A DNA stretch of 62,074 nucleotides from Deltaproteobacteria bacterium (GCA_016874915.1 VGSW01000001.1:1-62074); one strand, 5' to 3'; counted from the first letter of the stretch, positions 38,413 to 49,538 are shown. Notes: generated from the letters alone by a model not told the origin. Made by a program: numbers and translations.

Positions 38413-38763
38413 ATGAGGAAGGCGATGAGAAAAGGCTATGCCCTGGCTCTCCTCGCGGTCTTTGCCCTGGTGCTGGGAGGTGCTGGCTGCTGCCAAAAGT
38501 ACTATGATCAGTGCAAGATGTACTCGGAGCAGGCCAAAGCTTCTTCAGATCGGGCCGCCGCGTCGGTGGTAAAGGCTGAGGCAGCCGCACAGGACGCTAA
38601 AGTCCCCGTACCGCGGGCCTCCGCTGCTGCCAACAAGGCGGAAGCGGCCGCCGCGCGGGCGGAAGACGCGGCTGAGAAAGTCTGCGCCAAGGTAAAGTTC
38701 AAGAAGGTTGTCAAAAAGGCGAGGGTGAAGAAGGCCAAACCGGTCAAAAAGATCAAGAAATAG
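38413..38763 (+). CDS. OprI/Lpp-like alanine-rich lipoprotein paralogue with Lys-rich tail
   Basis: Same signal/Cys architecture (LGGAGCC) and Ala-rich helix. Tail KFKKVVKKARVKKAKPVKKIKK. Confidence 0.6.
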   Translation: MRKAMRKGYALALLAVFALVLGGAGCCQKYYDQCKMYSEQAKASSDRAAASVVKAEAAAQDAKVPVPRASAAANKAEAAAARAEDAAEKVCAKVKFKKVVKKARVKKAKPVKKIKK

Positions 38764-38821
38764 GCCTAATTTATCCAGAATCATCGGGGGATTATGTCCC
38801 CCAACCCACCAAGAGTCAGGA

Positions 38822-38866
38822 GGTGTGGTGTGAGCTGTCGCTCGCCACACCTTCTGTCTTTTTTTT
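38822..38866 (+). terminator. rho-independent terminator after the second lpp-like gene
   Basis: GGTGTGG..GAGC-tgtc-GCTC.CCACACC stem, followed by ttctgtc and T8. Confidence 0.55.
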
Positions 38867-38948
38867 GGTTTTCGGTTTTCGGCGGCTTAAAAAGGCAAGT
38901 TGGTTACCCTATTGGGGGGGCCCCTGGGAAACTATCAGGGTTCATCTT

Positions 38949-39048
38949 ATACCGTTTTCGGTTTTCGGTTTTCAGTTTACGGTTAAATGAAATGTATTAT
39001 CAATAAGTTAGTCATAGATTTTGTTGCATCTGAAACTGAACTTGGTAT
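38949..39048 (+). mobile_element. MITE-like element ATACC...GGTAT
   Basis: Near-identical to the 48136 copy. Between the convergent lpp-like and ldt genes. Confidence 0.85.
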
Positions 39049-39168
39049 TACGCACCGATAAATGCTGACCAGGGCGAGGTCCTGGATACATAAAAAAGAG
39101 GGTATGGAAAACCCTACCCTCTTATTTCATCAATCATTTAATCCAATTAAAGCTAACAGGCTATCGGC

Positions 39169-40104
39169 TCAATCTCCGCCCCAACCGGCCAGGCCTCCCG
39201 TTTTAGTCACATCCATGGGCATGCCGTTCTGTTCTTCGATCACCTGCAGGACCTTGCGCATGTCCACCTGATCCGTCAGCCCCCGGTTCTCGATCAATCC
39301 CAGGACGTGAAGGAGCATGGAGCGGATCTTGAAATAAACGTCTTCGTGCACCGACAAGAAGATGCGCCCCTGGCGGAACCCCACCTTGGCCGGCTCGTAG
39401 ATATATTCCACCTTAGTGCCCACCGGCACCATGGGGAAAAGCTTCTTGACATGTTCCGGATACATGCGGGTGCAGCCGTGGCTCACCAGGCGCCCCACCC
39501 CCCAGGGCATGTGGGTGCCGTGGATGCCGTAGTCGCCCCAGGACAGGGTGAGCTTGTATTCTCCCAAGGGGTTGTCCGGCCCCGGCGGCATCACCGCCAT
39601 GCCGTACTTGGCTTGAAGGGACTTGGGGATGTGCCAGGCGGGGTTGGTCTTCTTTTCCACCACCCGGAACTCCCCCGACGGCGTCTTAAAGTCCAGGACC
39701 CCCATGCCGATGGGAAAGGTGGTGACCTGGGTGGCGTTGTGGGTGAAATAATAGAGGCGCATCTCCCCGGTGTTCACCACCAACTGGCGGTGGCGGCTGC
39801 CATCGGGCACGATCCAGATGGTGGGGATGGTCATCTGCGCGCCCGGAGGCGGCAGAAAGGGGTCCCAGCCGCGGTACATGGAACCGATCTCAGTGTAGCC
39901 CAAACCGAAGCGGCGGGCCACCTCCAGCAGATCTTCGCCTTTTTGCACCGTATAGTGCTGGGGAGAGCCGACCACCGTCACCGCCTGGGGGTCCAGCCCG
40001 GTGCGGGTGGACGGCAGGCGGATGGTGAACGGTCCCGCGGCCGGGGCCGGATAAGCCCAAACTAGGAATAATAAAACAACCAGCAGCGGCAGCCACTTGC
40101 GCAT
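39169..40104 (-). CDS. L,D-transpeptidase (YkuD) with LysM domain
   Basis: Signal peptide. LysM-like YTVQKGEDLLEVARRFGLGYTEIGSMY. Catalytic SHGCTRM. Confidence 0.85.
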   Translation of the reverse strand: MRKWLPLLVVLLFLVWAYPAPAAGPFTIRLPSTRTGLDPQAVTVVGSPQHYTVQKGEDLLEVARRFGLGYTEIGSMYRGWDPFLPPPGAQMTIPTIWIVPDGSRHRQLVVNTGEMRLYYFTHNATQVTTFPIGMGVLDFKTPSGEFRVVEKKTNPAWHIPKSLQAKYGMAVMPPGPDNPLGEYKLTLSWGDYGIHGTHMPWGVGRLVSHGCTRMYPEHVKKLFPMVPVGTKVEYIYEPAKVGFRQGRIFLSVHEDVYFKIRSMLLHVLGLIENRGLTDQVDMRKVLQVIEEQNGMPMDVTKTGGLAGWGGD

Positions 40105-40107
40105 AAT

Positions 40108-41157
<1,050 letters not shown>

Positions 41158-41178
41158 GATTTTTCCTTTAGGTAAAGA

Positions 41179-41244
41179 ATCCACAGATTTCACAGATTAA
41201 CACAGATAAAAAATAATCTGTGTCCATCTGCGCAATCTGTGGAT
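41179..41244. repeat. palindromic element, family ATCCACAGATT
   Basis: Between gatB and mtnA. Confidence 0.88.
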
Positions 41245-41254
41245 AATTCACATT

Positions 41255-42682
41255 CTATGCCAGCAATTTCTTAAAGACTTCGTTGGCCAACTGGGGGTTG
41301 GCCTGGCCTTTGGTCTTTTTCATGAGTTGGCCCACGAAAAAGCCCAGGACCTTGGTCTTGCCGGCCTTGTAGTCGGCCACCTCTTTGGGGTTGGCGGCCA
41401 GGATTTCCTGGGCCAGTTGGATGAGGGCGTCCTCGTCGCTTATCTGGGCCAGGCCCTGTTCCCGGATGATGGTTTCCGGGTTCCGGCCGGTGGCCACCAT
41501 CTGTTCAAAGACCGATTTGGCGATCTTGCCGCTGATGGCGCCTTGATCCACCAGAGCCAGGAGCCGGGCCAAGGCCTTAGGCGTCACCCGGCAGGAGGCG
41601 ATCCCCGCTGCCGTTTTTTTCAGTTCCCGGAGGAGCTCCACCATGATCCAGTTGCTCACCTGCTTGGGGTGCGGGAATTCCTGGACCGTTCTCTCAAAAT
41701 AATCCGCCAAGTCCTTGTCGCTAGTGAGCACTTCCGCGTCGTATTCCGGGAGGCCGTACTGCTCCTGGAAGCGCCGCCATTTGGCCTCCGGCAGTTCCGG
41801 CAGGCTCCGGCGCAGCCCTTCCAGCCAGGCCGGGTCAATTTTAATGGGCACCAGGTCCGGGTCGGGAAAGTAGCGGTAGTCGTGTGCCTCTTCCTTGCCC
41901 CGCATGGAGATGGTCTGGTTCTGGGACGCGTCCCACAGGCGGGTCTCCTGAATGATTTCCCGGCCCGCCGCGAGTAGCGCCCGTTGTCGCCGGATCTCGT
42001 ATTCCAGGGCCAGCTTCACGAAGCGGAAGGAGTTCATGTTCTTGAGTTCGGTCTTGGTGCCCAAACCCGCCGTCCCCAAGGGGCGCAACGAGACGTTGGC
42101 GTCGCAGCGCAGCGACCCCTCTTCCATGTTGCCGTCGCAGATTTCCAGATAGACGAGGATGTCCCGAATAGCCTTCAGGTATTGGGAGGCCTCCTCGGGG
42201 GTGCGGATATCCGGCTCGCTGACGATTTCAATGAGGGGCACCCCGGTGCGGTTTAAATCCACCAAGCTCACCGGGCGGGCCTCATGGTGGATGAGTTTCC
42301 CCGCGTCCTCCTCCAGGTGGATGCGGGTGATGCCGATGCGCCGCACCGCGCCGTTGACCCGGATATCCAGGTGCCCGTGCTCCGCCAGGGGCAGTTCGTA
42401 TTGGGAAATCTGATAGCCTTTGGGGAGGTCAGGGTAAAAATAATTTTTCCGGGCAAAGACCGACTCCGCGGCCACCCTGCAGTTGGTGGCCAGGGCCATT
42501 TTCACCGCGTATTCCAGGGCCTTTTCATTGAGCACCGGCAGGGACCCGGGCATTCCCTGGCACACCGGGCAGGTCTGGGTGTTGGGAGGCGCGCCGAAGG
42601 CGGTGGAGCAGCCGCAGAAAATTTTGGATTTGGTCAGGAGCTGGGCGTGGACTTCCAGCCCGATGACAGCTTCATATTCCAC
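41255..42682 (-). CDS. gatB: Asp/Glu-tRNA amidotransferase subunit B
   Basis: 475 aa. [35 protein letters not shown]. Confidence 0.93.
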   Translation of the reverse strand: MEYEAVIGLEVHAQLLTKSKIFCGCSTAFGAPPNTQTCPVCQGMPGSLPVLNEKALEYAVKMALATNCRVAAESVFARKNYFYPDLPKGYQISQYELPLAEHGHLDIRVNGAVRRIGITRIHLEEDAGKLIHHEARPVSLVDLNRTGVPLIEIVSEPDIRTPEEASQYLKAIRDILVYLEICDGNMEEGSLRCDANVSLRPLGTAGLGTKTELKNMNSFRFVKLALEYEIRRQRALLAAGREIIQETRLWDASQNQTISMRGKEEAHDYRYFPDPDLVPIKIDPAWLEGLRRSLPELPEAKWRRFQEQYGLPEYDAEVLTSDKDLADYFERTVQEFPHPKQVSNWIMVELLRELKKTAAGIASCRVTPKALARLLALVDQGAISGKIAKSVFEQMVATGRNPETIIREQGLAQISDEDALIQLAQEILAANPKEVADYKAGKTKVLGFFVGQLMKKTKGQANPQLANEVFKKLLA

Positions 42683-42807
42683 TGGCTTCTTCCCTTGAAA
42701 AGTTTCGAGTTTTGAGTTGGCGTGCTTGGCGCGCCAGTAGAAGCTGAAATTATTGAAGGTTACCCAAATGGAGCATGTCTGTCAAGGCGGGGGCGATGGG
42801 TGTGTCA

Positions 42808-42855
42808 ATAGCACATACAGATGTCCGGTTTTCATAGCACATAAAATGTCCGGTT
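42808..42855. repeat. two ~22-nt direct repeats ATAGCACATA(c)A(g)ATGTCCGGTT
   Basis: 42808-42830 and 42834-42855, separated by 3 nt. In the divergent gatB / flavoprotein intergenic region. Confidence 0.8.
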
Positions 42856-43193
42856 GAGTTTTTTGATGATTTCCTTATCCTAAGGAGGTCTCGCCGGAGG
42901 ATAGGGCAACGCTGGGGAGCGACCCGAGCGCCGGCGGGATGTCCGGGGAAGAGGGGGAAGCGAAAAGCTTCCCCTTTCCCATTTTTAACCTCTTCTCTGG
43001 ACCCCAAAGCGATAAACCCCGCGGACAATTAATTTGCTATCAACAGTTTTTTTAGGGAAAAATATTTTTTCCAAAATTTTTGTGAGCCTTAAAAACTCGA
43101 GACGTAAAACCCCTGGTTCCATTTATAATGCACCCGGGGCGCCGCCATCGGGGACAGGGCGGCCCCGGTCAATTCTTCCCAGGAGGTAAGCTC

Positions 43194-43760
43194 ATGAAGG
43201 TCATTGCCATCTCCGGTTCTCCCCGCCCCCAGGGCAACACCTACCACCTGCTCCAGGAGGCCCTCCGGGTGCTCCAAGAGCAGGGCCTGGAGACGGAATA
43301 TGTTTCCCTGCACGACAAGCAGGTCCTGCCCTGCCGGGCCTGCCTGCAGTGCGCCAAGGACAAGAACCGCTGCGCCCAGGAAGACGACTTCATGCCCATC
43401 TTCGAGGCCATGGCCCGGGCCGACGGCCTCCTGATGGGCTCGCCGGTTTATTTCGGCTCCGCCACCCCCAACCTCATGGCCCTGCTGGACCGGGCCGGGT
43501 ACGTGGCCCGCCAGGGGGACAATCCTTTCTACCGCAAGGCGGGCAGTCCCATCGTGGTGGCTCGCCGGGCCGGGGTCAATTTCACCTACGCCCAACTGCA
43601 GTTCTGGTTCGTCATCATGGGCATGTATGTCCCCGGCTCCACCTATTGGCCCATCGCCTACGGCCTGAAACCGGGGGACGCCACCCAGGATACGGAAGGC
43701 ATGAAAACTGTGGCCACCCTGGCGGAAAACCTGGCCTATTTGATGAAAAGGCTGGCCTGA
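43194..43760 (+). CDS. iron-sulfur flavoprotein / NADPH-dependent FMN reductase family
   Basis: MKVIAISGSPRPQGNT. Compact Cys motif CRACLQCAKDKNRC (CX2CX2CX6C). AGGAGG RBS at 43181. ORF 43128.. trimmed. Confidence 0.7.
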   Translation: MKVIAISGSPRPQGNTYHLLQEALRVLQEQGLETEYVSLHDKQVLPCRACLQCAKDKNRCAQEDDFMPIFEAMARADGLLMGSPVYFGSATPNLMALLDRAGYVARQGDNPFYRKAGSPIVVARRAGVNFTYAQLQFWFVIMGMYVPGSTYWPIAYGLKPGDATQDTEGMKTVATLAENLAYLMKRLA

Positions 43761-43843
43761 TCAACTGCGGTCCGACGGCGGGAGTGCCGAACGGGCCATC
43801 GGCTCCCCCAGAGCCGAAAAAACTTTTCAAGGAGGATCGCCTT

Positions 43844-44863
43844 ATGCCTGCCAGCCTGGTTCATATGCTCATCGCCCGGGAGGTGCGGAAAAGCCTTATG
43901 GAGACGCCGGAAACCCGGAAGTTTGCCGAAGAGGTGCTGGATCGCTACCCAAAGTACATGGAGCTGGGCTCCATGGGCCCCGACCTTCCCTATTACGAAA
44001 GCATGGCCAAGGGCGCCCTGGATCTGCTGCTGAAGCGTTCCGACAAGCCCATGGGGGTGGACCAGTGGTCCTATCAGCTTCACTCCAAGGACCCCAACCT
44101 CTTTCCCCTGAAAATGCTGGAGGTTACCTGGAAAGAGACCGATATGGAAAAGGAGGACTGGGAAGAAGACGACCGCATGAAGTTCGCGTTTGTCTGCGGC
44201 TTTCTCACCCACATGGCCGCGGACCAGATCATCCACCCCATGGTGAACATCATCGCCGGGCCTTACTACAAGCGGGGACAGGCCCGGGAGAAGCACCGGG
44301 AATGCGAGATTTACCAGGACCTCCATATCTTTGGCCAGACCGGGGACAATTTCGGGGAACAAAAATTCAACCAGTGGTGCGACCTGAACCCGGGGTGGGG
44401 GGATAATACCACGGTGTGGTTCCGGTATTTTCTGCAAAAATCCTTCATCGAGGCCCACGCCGTGGCTCCCACGGAAGATAACCTGGAGGACTGGGTGGAC
44501 GGCACTCTCACCATCCTCCGGGGGCTGAACAGCATCGGCCCCTACCCCAAGGCCTTGGGGGACCTGGGGCCGGAGACCCCCCGGTACCAGGAATACATTC
44601 TCCTTAAACCGCCCTCGGACACCTCCCCGGAGAGGCGGGAGGATTATGAGCACCTGAAGGACTTGACCTATGACGATTTTTATAAAGATGCGGTGGAGCT
44701 GGCGGGGGTATATGTCCGGGCCGCGGGGAAAATTTACGACTCCGATGAATTGGACGACGACCTCCGGAAAAAGTTTCAAAAAGTGGTGCGCAACGCCGAC
44801 CTGAGCGCTCCCCTGGAGAAGAACATCCTGAGAAAGGCCAAGGCAGCCCTGAAAGACTGGTGA
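43844..44863 (+). CDS. possible zinc-dependent phospholipase C / S1-P1 nuclease-fold protein
   Basis: Real start MPASLVHMLIAREV (ATG 43844, AGGAGG at 43830) inside the long ORF 43349..44863. H..., GSMGPDLPYY and GFLTHMAADQIIHP patterns. Weak family call. Confidence 0.4.
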   Translation: MPASLVHMLIAREVRKSLMETPETRKFAEEVLDRYPKYMELGSMGPDLPYYESMAKGALDLLLKRSDKPMGVDQWSYQLHSKDPNLFPLKMLEVTWKETDMEKEDWEEDDRMKFAFVCGFLTHMAADQIIHPMVNIIAGPYYKRGQAREKHRECEIYQDLHIFGQTGDNFGEQKFNQWCDLNPGWGDNTTVWFRYFLQKSFIEAHAVAPTEDNLEDWVDGTLTILRGLNSIGPYPKALGDLGPETPRYQEYILLKPPSDTSPERREDYEHLKDLTYDDFYKDAVELAGVYVRAAGKIYDSDELDDDLRKKFQKVVRNADLSAPLEKNILRKAKAALKDW

Positions 44864-44998
44864 GAATTGGGAATAAGGGCGGGGCGGAAACCATCACCTG
44901 TCAAGCCCCGCGCCTACGGACGGGAAGCGGGAGACGCCGCCCAGGAACGCCCAAGACATGAAAACCGCGGCCCCCCGCGCCTCATTTAAGTCTGAGGG

Positions 44999-46099
44999 CT
45001 AGTTGCCGCAGCAACTGTTTCCAACCACACCGCTGTCGATGCGGGTGTAACCCTGGGCTTTGGCGCCGCCGCAGGCTTCGTATATGATGGCAGCACCCTT
45101 CACGTCCACCACGACGTAATTATTCTTTTTGGTCACCGTCCAACGGGTAACGGCCGGGTCCACGGAGGTGTATTTGCTGAAGGGCGCCCCCGCGTCGCCG
45201 GCAATAACCTGGACCACCGCATTCTTCATGTCCTTGTCAACACTGCCATCCAATATCATCTTGTCATAGAGATGCTCATGGCCGCAAAAAAACATGGCCA
45301 CCTTATAGAGGTCCATATTTTTCCAGAGAGCCTCCAAGGACTTCTTATCCCGTTTCAAGGTGGAACTGACGGGAAAAACCGGCATATGGCTGAAAACGAA
45401 TTTATGGACGGCATCGGTATTTTTGAGCAAACCGTCCAGCCAGTTGAGCTGGGTGTCGGTGATGCCCCCTTCCAGGATTTTGTCCACGGTTTTCTTTTTA
45501 TCTTTAACTTGCCACATATAGTAGGAGTCCAGGACCACGAATAAGGACTTCTCCTGGCCCTCGCCATACTCAAAGTAATAAGCCAGTTTGGCGTAATTGG
45601 GGTGGCCCGGAGGGTAGGTGTCAGGCATATCCTTGAATACCTGTTGATAAAGGACCTGGTTGGAGTGCCGGTAGTCCGGCGGTTTGGCTTCGTCATAAAT
45701 CTCGTGGTTGCCCTTTACCACGTAGAGTTGAATTTCATCGGGCCGGGTGGGGTTGGTGGTCAGGGGAGACATCACTTCCACCCATCTCCGCAAGAAGGTG
45801 TCGTCCCCCTCGGCATTACCGATGCGGGAAGCCATGTCCCCCCCGAAAACCACGAAGTCCGGCTGGGGGTTTAGCGCCACGATCTTGTCCCGGATAGCCT
45901 TCAACTCCGTTTCGTTGATCATGCCATTGGGACCCTCTTTGTAATCGCCCCGGCTGTCCGCCAGAAAAACGAAGCGGAAGTCGGCCAGCCCGGAGCCGGC
46001 CAGGAGGGTGGCCCAGAACAGGGCGGCGACGATTAACGAAGCTAGAATCTTGATGGGTTTCCTTTGGTTCATGCCAAATTGTCCTCTCGAATTCATCAT
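44999..46099 (-). CDS. secreted calcineurin-like metallophosphoesterase
   Basis: FLADSRGD, VFGGDMA, GNHE, GHEH. Signal peptide. Start codon overlaps the upstream stop (ATGA). Confidence 0.8.
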   Translation of the reverse strand: MMNSRGQFGMNQRKPIKILASLIVAALFWATLLAGSGLADFRFVFLADSRGDYKEGPNGMINETELKAIRDKIVALNPQPDFVVFGGDMASRIGNAEGDDTFLRRWVEVMSPLTTNPTRPDEIQLYVVKGNHEIYDEAKPPDYRHSNQVLYQQVFKDMPDTYPPGHPNYAKLAYYFEYGEGQEKSLFVVLDSYYMWQVKDKKKTVDKILEGGITDTQLNWLDGLLKNTDAVHKFVFSHMPVFPVSSTLKRDKKSLEALWKNMDLYKVAMFFCGHEHLYDKMILDGSVDKDMKNAVVQVIAGDAGAPFSKYTSVDPAVTRWTVTKKNNYVVVDVKGAAIIYEACGGAKAQGYTRIDSGVVGNSCCGN

Positions 46100-48033
46100 T
46101 TCCGAACCTGAAGGCGTTCGGTGATGGATGGAAAATATTCCTTCTGGGTGTGGGGCAAAAACAGGGCCGCGATGTACTGGTCCATGAAGCCCGGGGTTTC
46201 GGACAGCTCGAAGTTGGTCATCATGTCCGCCACCCGGCGCTCCTCTTCCAGCATTTCCCGGGAAAAGGCCAGCAGGGTGGCCCCTTGGAGCGAGCCGTTG
46301 CCTACGAACTGGAACTTATCCCGGGGCAGGTCCGGCAGCAGGCCGATGGCGATGGCGTTGTCCACGTTGATGAAGCTGCCGAAGGCCCCGGCCAGGATGA
46401 CCTGTTCCAGGTCCTGGAGCCTGAGGCCCACGCCCTCTAGCAGAGTCATGTACCCGGCGAACATGGCCCCCTTGGCCCGCATGATGTTATCAATGTCCAC
46501 TTCGCTTAAGGTGATGTCCTGGCCGATCTCGGTATCCTCAGCGTGGGCCAGGACGTATTCCTTGCCGCTTTCGCTCATCCGGATCCGGGGCGCACAGGTA
46601 ATGAGGTCGTCCCGGAATTTGCCGTTGGGGAGAATTATCCCCGCTTCCATCAGGTTGGCCAGGAGGTTGATGAGCCCGGAGCCGCAGATGCCCTTGGGCT
46701 TCACCATGTCGATGGTCAGGATCATGGGCTCGCAGGTGTCGGGGTTGATGCTCACTTCCTCGATGGCCCCGCTGGTGGCCCGCATGCCGAAGCGGATGCC
46801 GCCGCCTTCGAAGGCCGGGCCGGCGGAGCAGGCGGCGCAGGCCAGCCACTGCTGGTTGCCGATGACGATCTCGCCGTTGGTGCCGATGTCGATGAACAGG
46901 GTGAGCCGGGACTCTTTATAGAGGCCCGAAGCCAGGACCCCGGCCACGATGTCGCCGCCCACGTAACTGCTGACGGAACTGACGCAGTAAATGAATACAT
47001 GCTCCGGCACTTCCAGGCCCAGGTCCCTGGCCCGCACCGGCGGGGTGTGGCAGACCGTGGGGGTGTAAGGGGTGAGACGGATGTATTTGGGATCGATGCC
47101 GTAAAAGAGGTGGGTCATGGTGGTGTTGGCGGCCAAAGTGATGTGGGAGACTTCGTCCACCGGCAACTTGTGCCGTTTGAGCAGCCGGTGCATCACCTGG
47201 TTGATGGTGGCCGCCACCGAGCGCTGGAGTTTTTCCAGCCCCCCGGGTTTCTGGGTGTAGAGGATGCGGGTGATGACGTCGTCCCCGTAGCTGAGCTGGG
47301 CATTGTAGTCCGCGGCCTGGCCCAGGATTTCCCCTGACGCCAGGTCCAGGAGCTGGACCCACACCGTGGTGGTGCCGATGTCCACCGCCAGGGCGAAGTG
47401 GCGGCCGGCGGTGTTCCCGGGTTCGAGGTTGACGATGCGGGGCTTGCGGGAGAGGCGCTGGGCGAAGTCCAGGGTGGCGGTGACCTGGAAGTTGTCTTCC
47501 CGCATCACCCGGCCCAGTTTCCGCAGCAGGAAGAAGTCAGTGGCCAGGTTGTCCAGGGCGTAGCGCCGGCCCAGGCCGTTTTCCAGGCGGGTCAGGTCGC
47601 AGATGTTGTCCGCCAGGGAGGCGGGGGTAAGCTCGACAAATTTTTTCTGAAAGGCCGGGTTGTAAAGACCCTGGTCCTTCAGCGCCGCGATATTGATGGG
47701 GCTGGGGCGCAGGGCCATGCCGGCCTTGCGGCGCACCAGGGTTTTGCGGTCCAGGAGGGATTCGGGGGGGATGCGGATGACGACGTCGGAGACCACCTGG
47801 GACTGACAGGCCTGGCGGTAACCCAGGTTCCACTCCTCGTCGGTGAGCAGCGCCCCCTGGGAGCTTACCAGGTCTCCCTGTTCCAGTAGGACCCGGCATT
47901 TGCCGCACACCCCTTCACCGCCGCAGGAGGCGTTGATGTGCACCCCGGCTTCCAGGGCGGCCCGGAGCAGGTTCTCCCCTTCGGGCACTTCCACGGTGAT
48001 GTCGTATGGTTTAAAAGTGACGCGTCGTACCAC
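46096..48033 (-). CDS. [2Fe-2S] ferredoxin + ASKHA ATPase protein (RACo-like corrinoid reductive activator, DUF4445)
   Basis: N-terminal CGGEGVCGKCRV plant-type ferredoxin motif. VDIGTTTV and IDIGTNGE ASKHA phosphate motifs. 645 aa. Confidence 0.68.
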   Translation of the reverse strand: MVRRVTFKPYDITVEVPEGENLLRAALEAGVHINASCGGEGVCGKCRVLLEQGDLVSSQGALLTDEEWNLGYRQACQSQVVSDVVIRIPPESLLDRKTLVRRKAGMALRPSPINIAALKDQGLYNPAFQKKFVELTPASLADNICDLTRLENGLGRRYALDNLATDFFLLRKLGRVMREDNFQVTATLDFAQRLSRKPRIVNLEPGNTAGRHFALAVDIGTTTVWVQLLDLASGEILGQAADYNAQLSYGDDVITRILYTQKPGGLEKLQRSVAATINQVMHRLLKRHKLPVDEVSHITLAANTTMTHLFYGIDPKYIRLTPYTPTVCHTPPVRARDLGLEVPEHVFIYCVSSVSSYVGGDIVAGVLASGLYKESRLTLFIDIGTNGEIVIGNQQWLACAACSAGPAFEGGGIRFGMRATSGAIEEVSINPDTCEPMILTIDMVKPKGICGSGLINLLANLMEAGIILPNGKFRDDLITCAPRIRMSESGKEYVLAHAEDTEIGQDITLSEVDIDNIMRAKGAMFAGYMTLLEGVGLRLQDLEQVILAGAFGSFINVDNAIAIGLLPDLPRDKFQFVGNGSLQGATLLAFSREMLEEERRVADMMTNFELSETPGFMDQYIAALFLPHTQKEYFPSITERLQVRK

Positions 48034-48135
48034 TATTAGGCCCTGATAAAGGAATTATGATGGCCGTAAAGGCTAAATTCTTAAGATTCTACCACAAAAA
48101 GGGGGAAGGGGAAAAGGCTAAATGGGGAAGAGGTA

Positions 48136-48229
48136 ATACCGTTTTCGGTTTTCCGTTTTCGGTTAAAAGAAATTGTATTATCAATAAGTTAGCCATAGAA
48201 TTTGTTGCATCTGAAACTGAACTTGGTAT
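48136..48229 (+). mobile_element. MITE-like element ATACC...GGTAT
   Basis: ataccgttttcggttttccgttttcggttaaaagaaattgtattatcaataagttagccatagaatttgttgcatctgaaactgaacttggtat. Confidence 0.85.
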
Positions 48230-48427
48230 AAAAAGGTTAAAAGGGCGAAAAGGCGAATAGGGGAAAATAGGAGGAATCGATCAATTTCGCGTCCCCGAAC
48301 CCAAATTGGGGTGGGAATTTTTATCTCACCCCCCTTTTAACCTCTACCGATTGTTTCTTTAACTCCGGACGGGACCTTTGAGAACCGGGCGCCTCTTACT
48401 GAAAAGAATAAAGACAAAATCTTTAAT

Positions 48428-48585
48428 GGCACAGGCTTCCAGCCTGTGGTTGCCTTGCTGAATCAACAACTCTGTCCACAGGCCAGAGGCCTGTGCCACT
48501 AAATTTTTTCAGGTTGGTAATTTCGTTCGAAATATGATCTTTTTTGCACCCTCTCCGACTTACCTTTTCGGAGCTAAGGGAATAA
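48428..48585 (+). repeat. ~155-nt composite element: two hairpins + T-run + conserved tail
   Basis: ggcacaggcttccagcctgtgg-N28-cacaggccagaggcctgtgccactaaatttttt...gcaccctctccgacttaccttttcggagc. Confidence 0.8.
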
Positions 48586-48707
48586 TCTATAATCTCTTAA
48601 CTACTTATCCTTCTCCTTTTCGCCCTTCCGCTATAACTTCTTCCCCCTTTTAACCTTTTCACCCTTTCCCGCCGGTGTTATTTTATAAATAAATAAGAGG
48701 ACCCTCA

Positions 48708-49379
48708 ATGGCCAATCGGTTGGTAACTCTGCTGGAGGACCTATACGAAAAATTGTGGCAGGCTTTCGGGCCTCAAGGGTGGTGGCCGGGGGACACGCCT
48801 TTCGAGGTGGCGGTGGGGGCCATCCTCACCCAAAATACCAACTGGACCAACGTGGCCCGGGTCCTGGACGGTTTGAAGGAAGAGGGGCTCATGGACTCCG
48901 GGCGTCTCCGGGAGATGCCGGTGGCGGAGCTGGCCCGGCTTCTTAAGCCCGCGGGTTACTACAACATCAAGGCCCAGCGCCTGCGCCATTTTTTGGATTT
49001 TTTGGCGGATACGGCCGGGGGTTCCATGGAGGCCCTGGCCCGGCAGGAACTGGAGCACTTGCGCCCGGCGCTGCTCCGGGTCAAGGGTATCGGCCCGGAG
49101 ACCGCGGACAGCATCCTGCTTTACGCTCTTAATAAACCCACTTTCGTGGTGGATGCCTATACTCACCGCATCTTGAGCCGCCATTACCTGGCCCCGGAAA
49201 ACTGCACCTACGAAGAACTGCGCCGGCTGTTCATGGACTCCCTTCCTCCGGAAGTGCCCCTCTACCAAGAGTATCACGCCCTGCTGGTGCGCCTGGGCAA
49301 GGAGTTCTGCCGGCCCCGGCCTCTTTGCCTCACCTGCCCTGTAAAAGATTGGCCCGAGGGCTGGGAATACCCGTCCTGA
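48708..49379 (+). CDS. endonuclease III-related HhH-GPD protein
   Basis: AILTQNTNW, VKGIGPETADSILLYAL...VVDAYTHRI, and C-terminal Cys cluster CRPRPLCLTCP. Confidence 0.72.
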   Translation: MANRLVTLLEDLYEKLWQAFGPQGWWPGDTPFEVAVGAILTQNTNWTNVARVLDGLKEEGLMDSGRLREMPVAELARLLKPAGYYNIKAQRLRHFLDFLADTAGGSMEALARQELEHLRPALLRVKGIGPETADSILLYALNKPTFVVDAYTHRILSRHYLAPENCTYEELRRLFMDSLPPEVPLYQEYHALLVRLGKEFCRPRPLCLTCPVKDWPEGWEYPS

Positions 49380-49538
49380 GGCCAGGCTGCTCTCCAAGCT
49401 TCGGAGAAAAGTCGGAGCCATTGGGTCAAGCGTCTCTCCTGTTAAGACCCCGCAACTGTTGAACATTAAGAAAATTAGAGACGATTTTAGCTCCGCCTGG
49501 TTTGTTTATGGAATGGTTATTGCTATGAATGGGTAAAC

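Noticed and set aside
42750-43028. 92-aa minus-strand ORF in the gatB/flavoprotein spacer
   Set aside because: It has no RBS or motif, spans heterogeneous-composition DNA including the direct repeats, and is likely non-coding.
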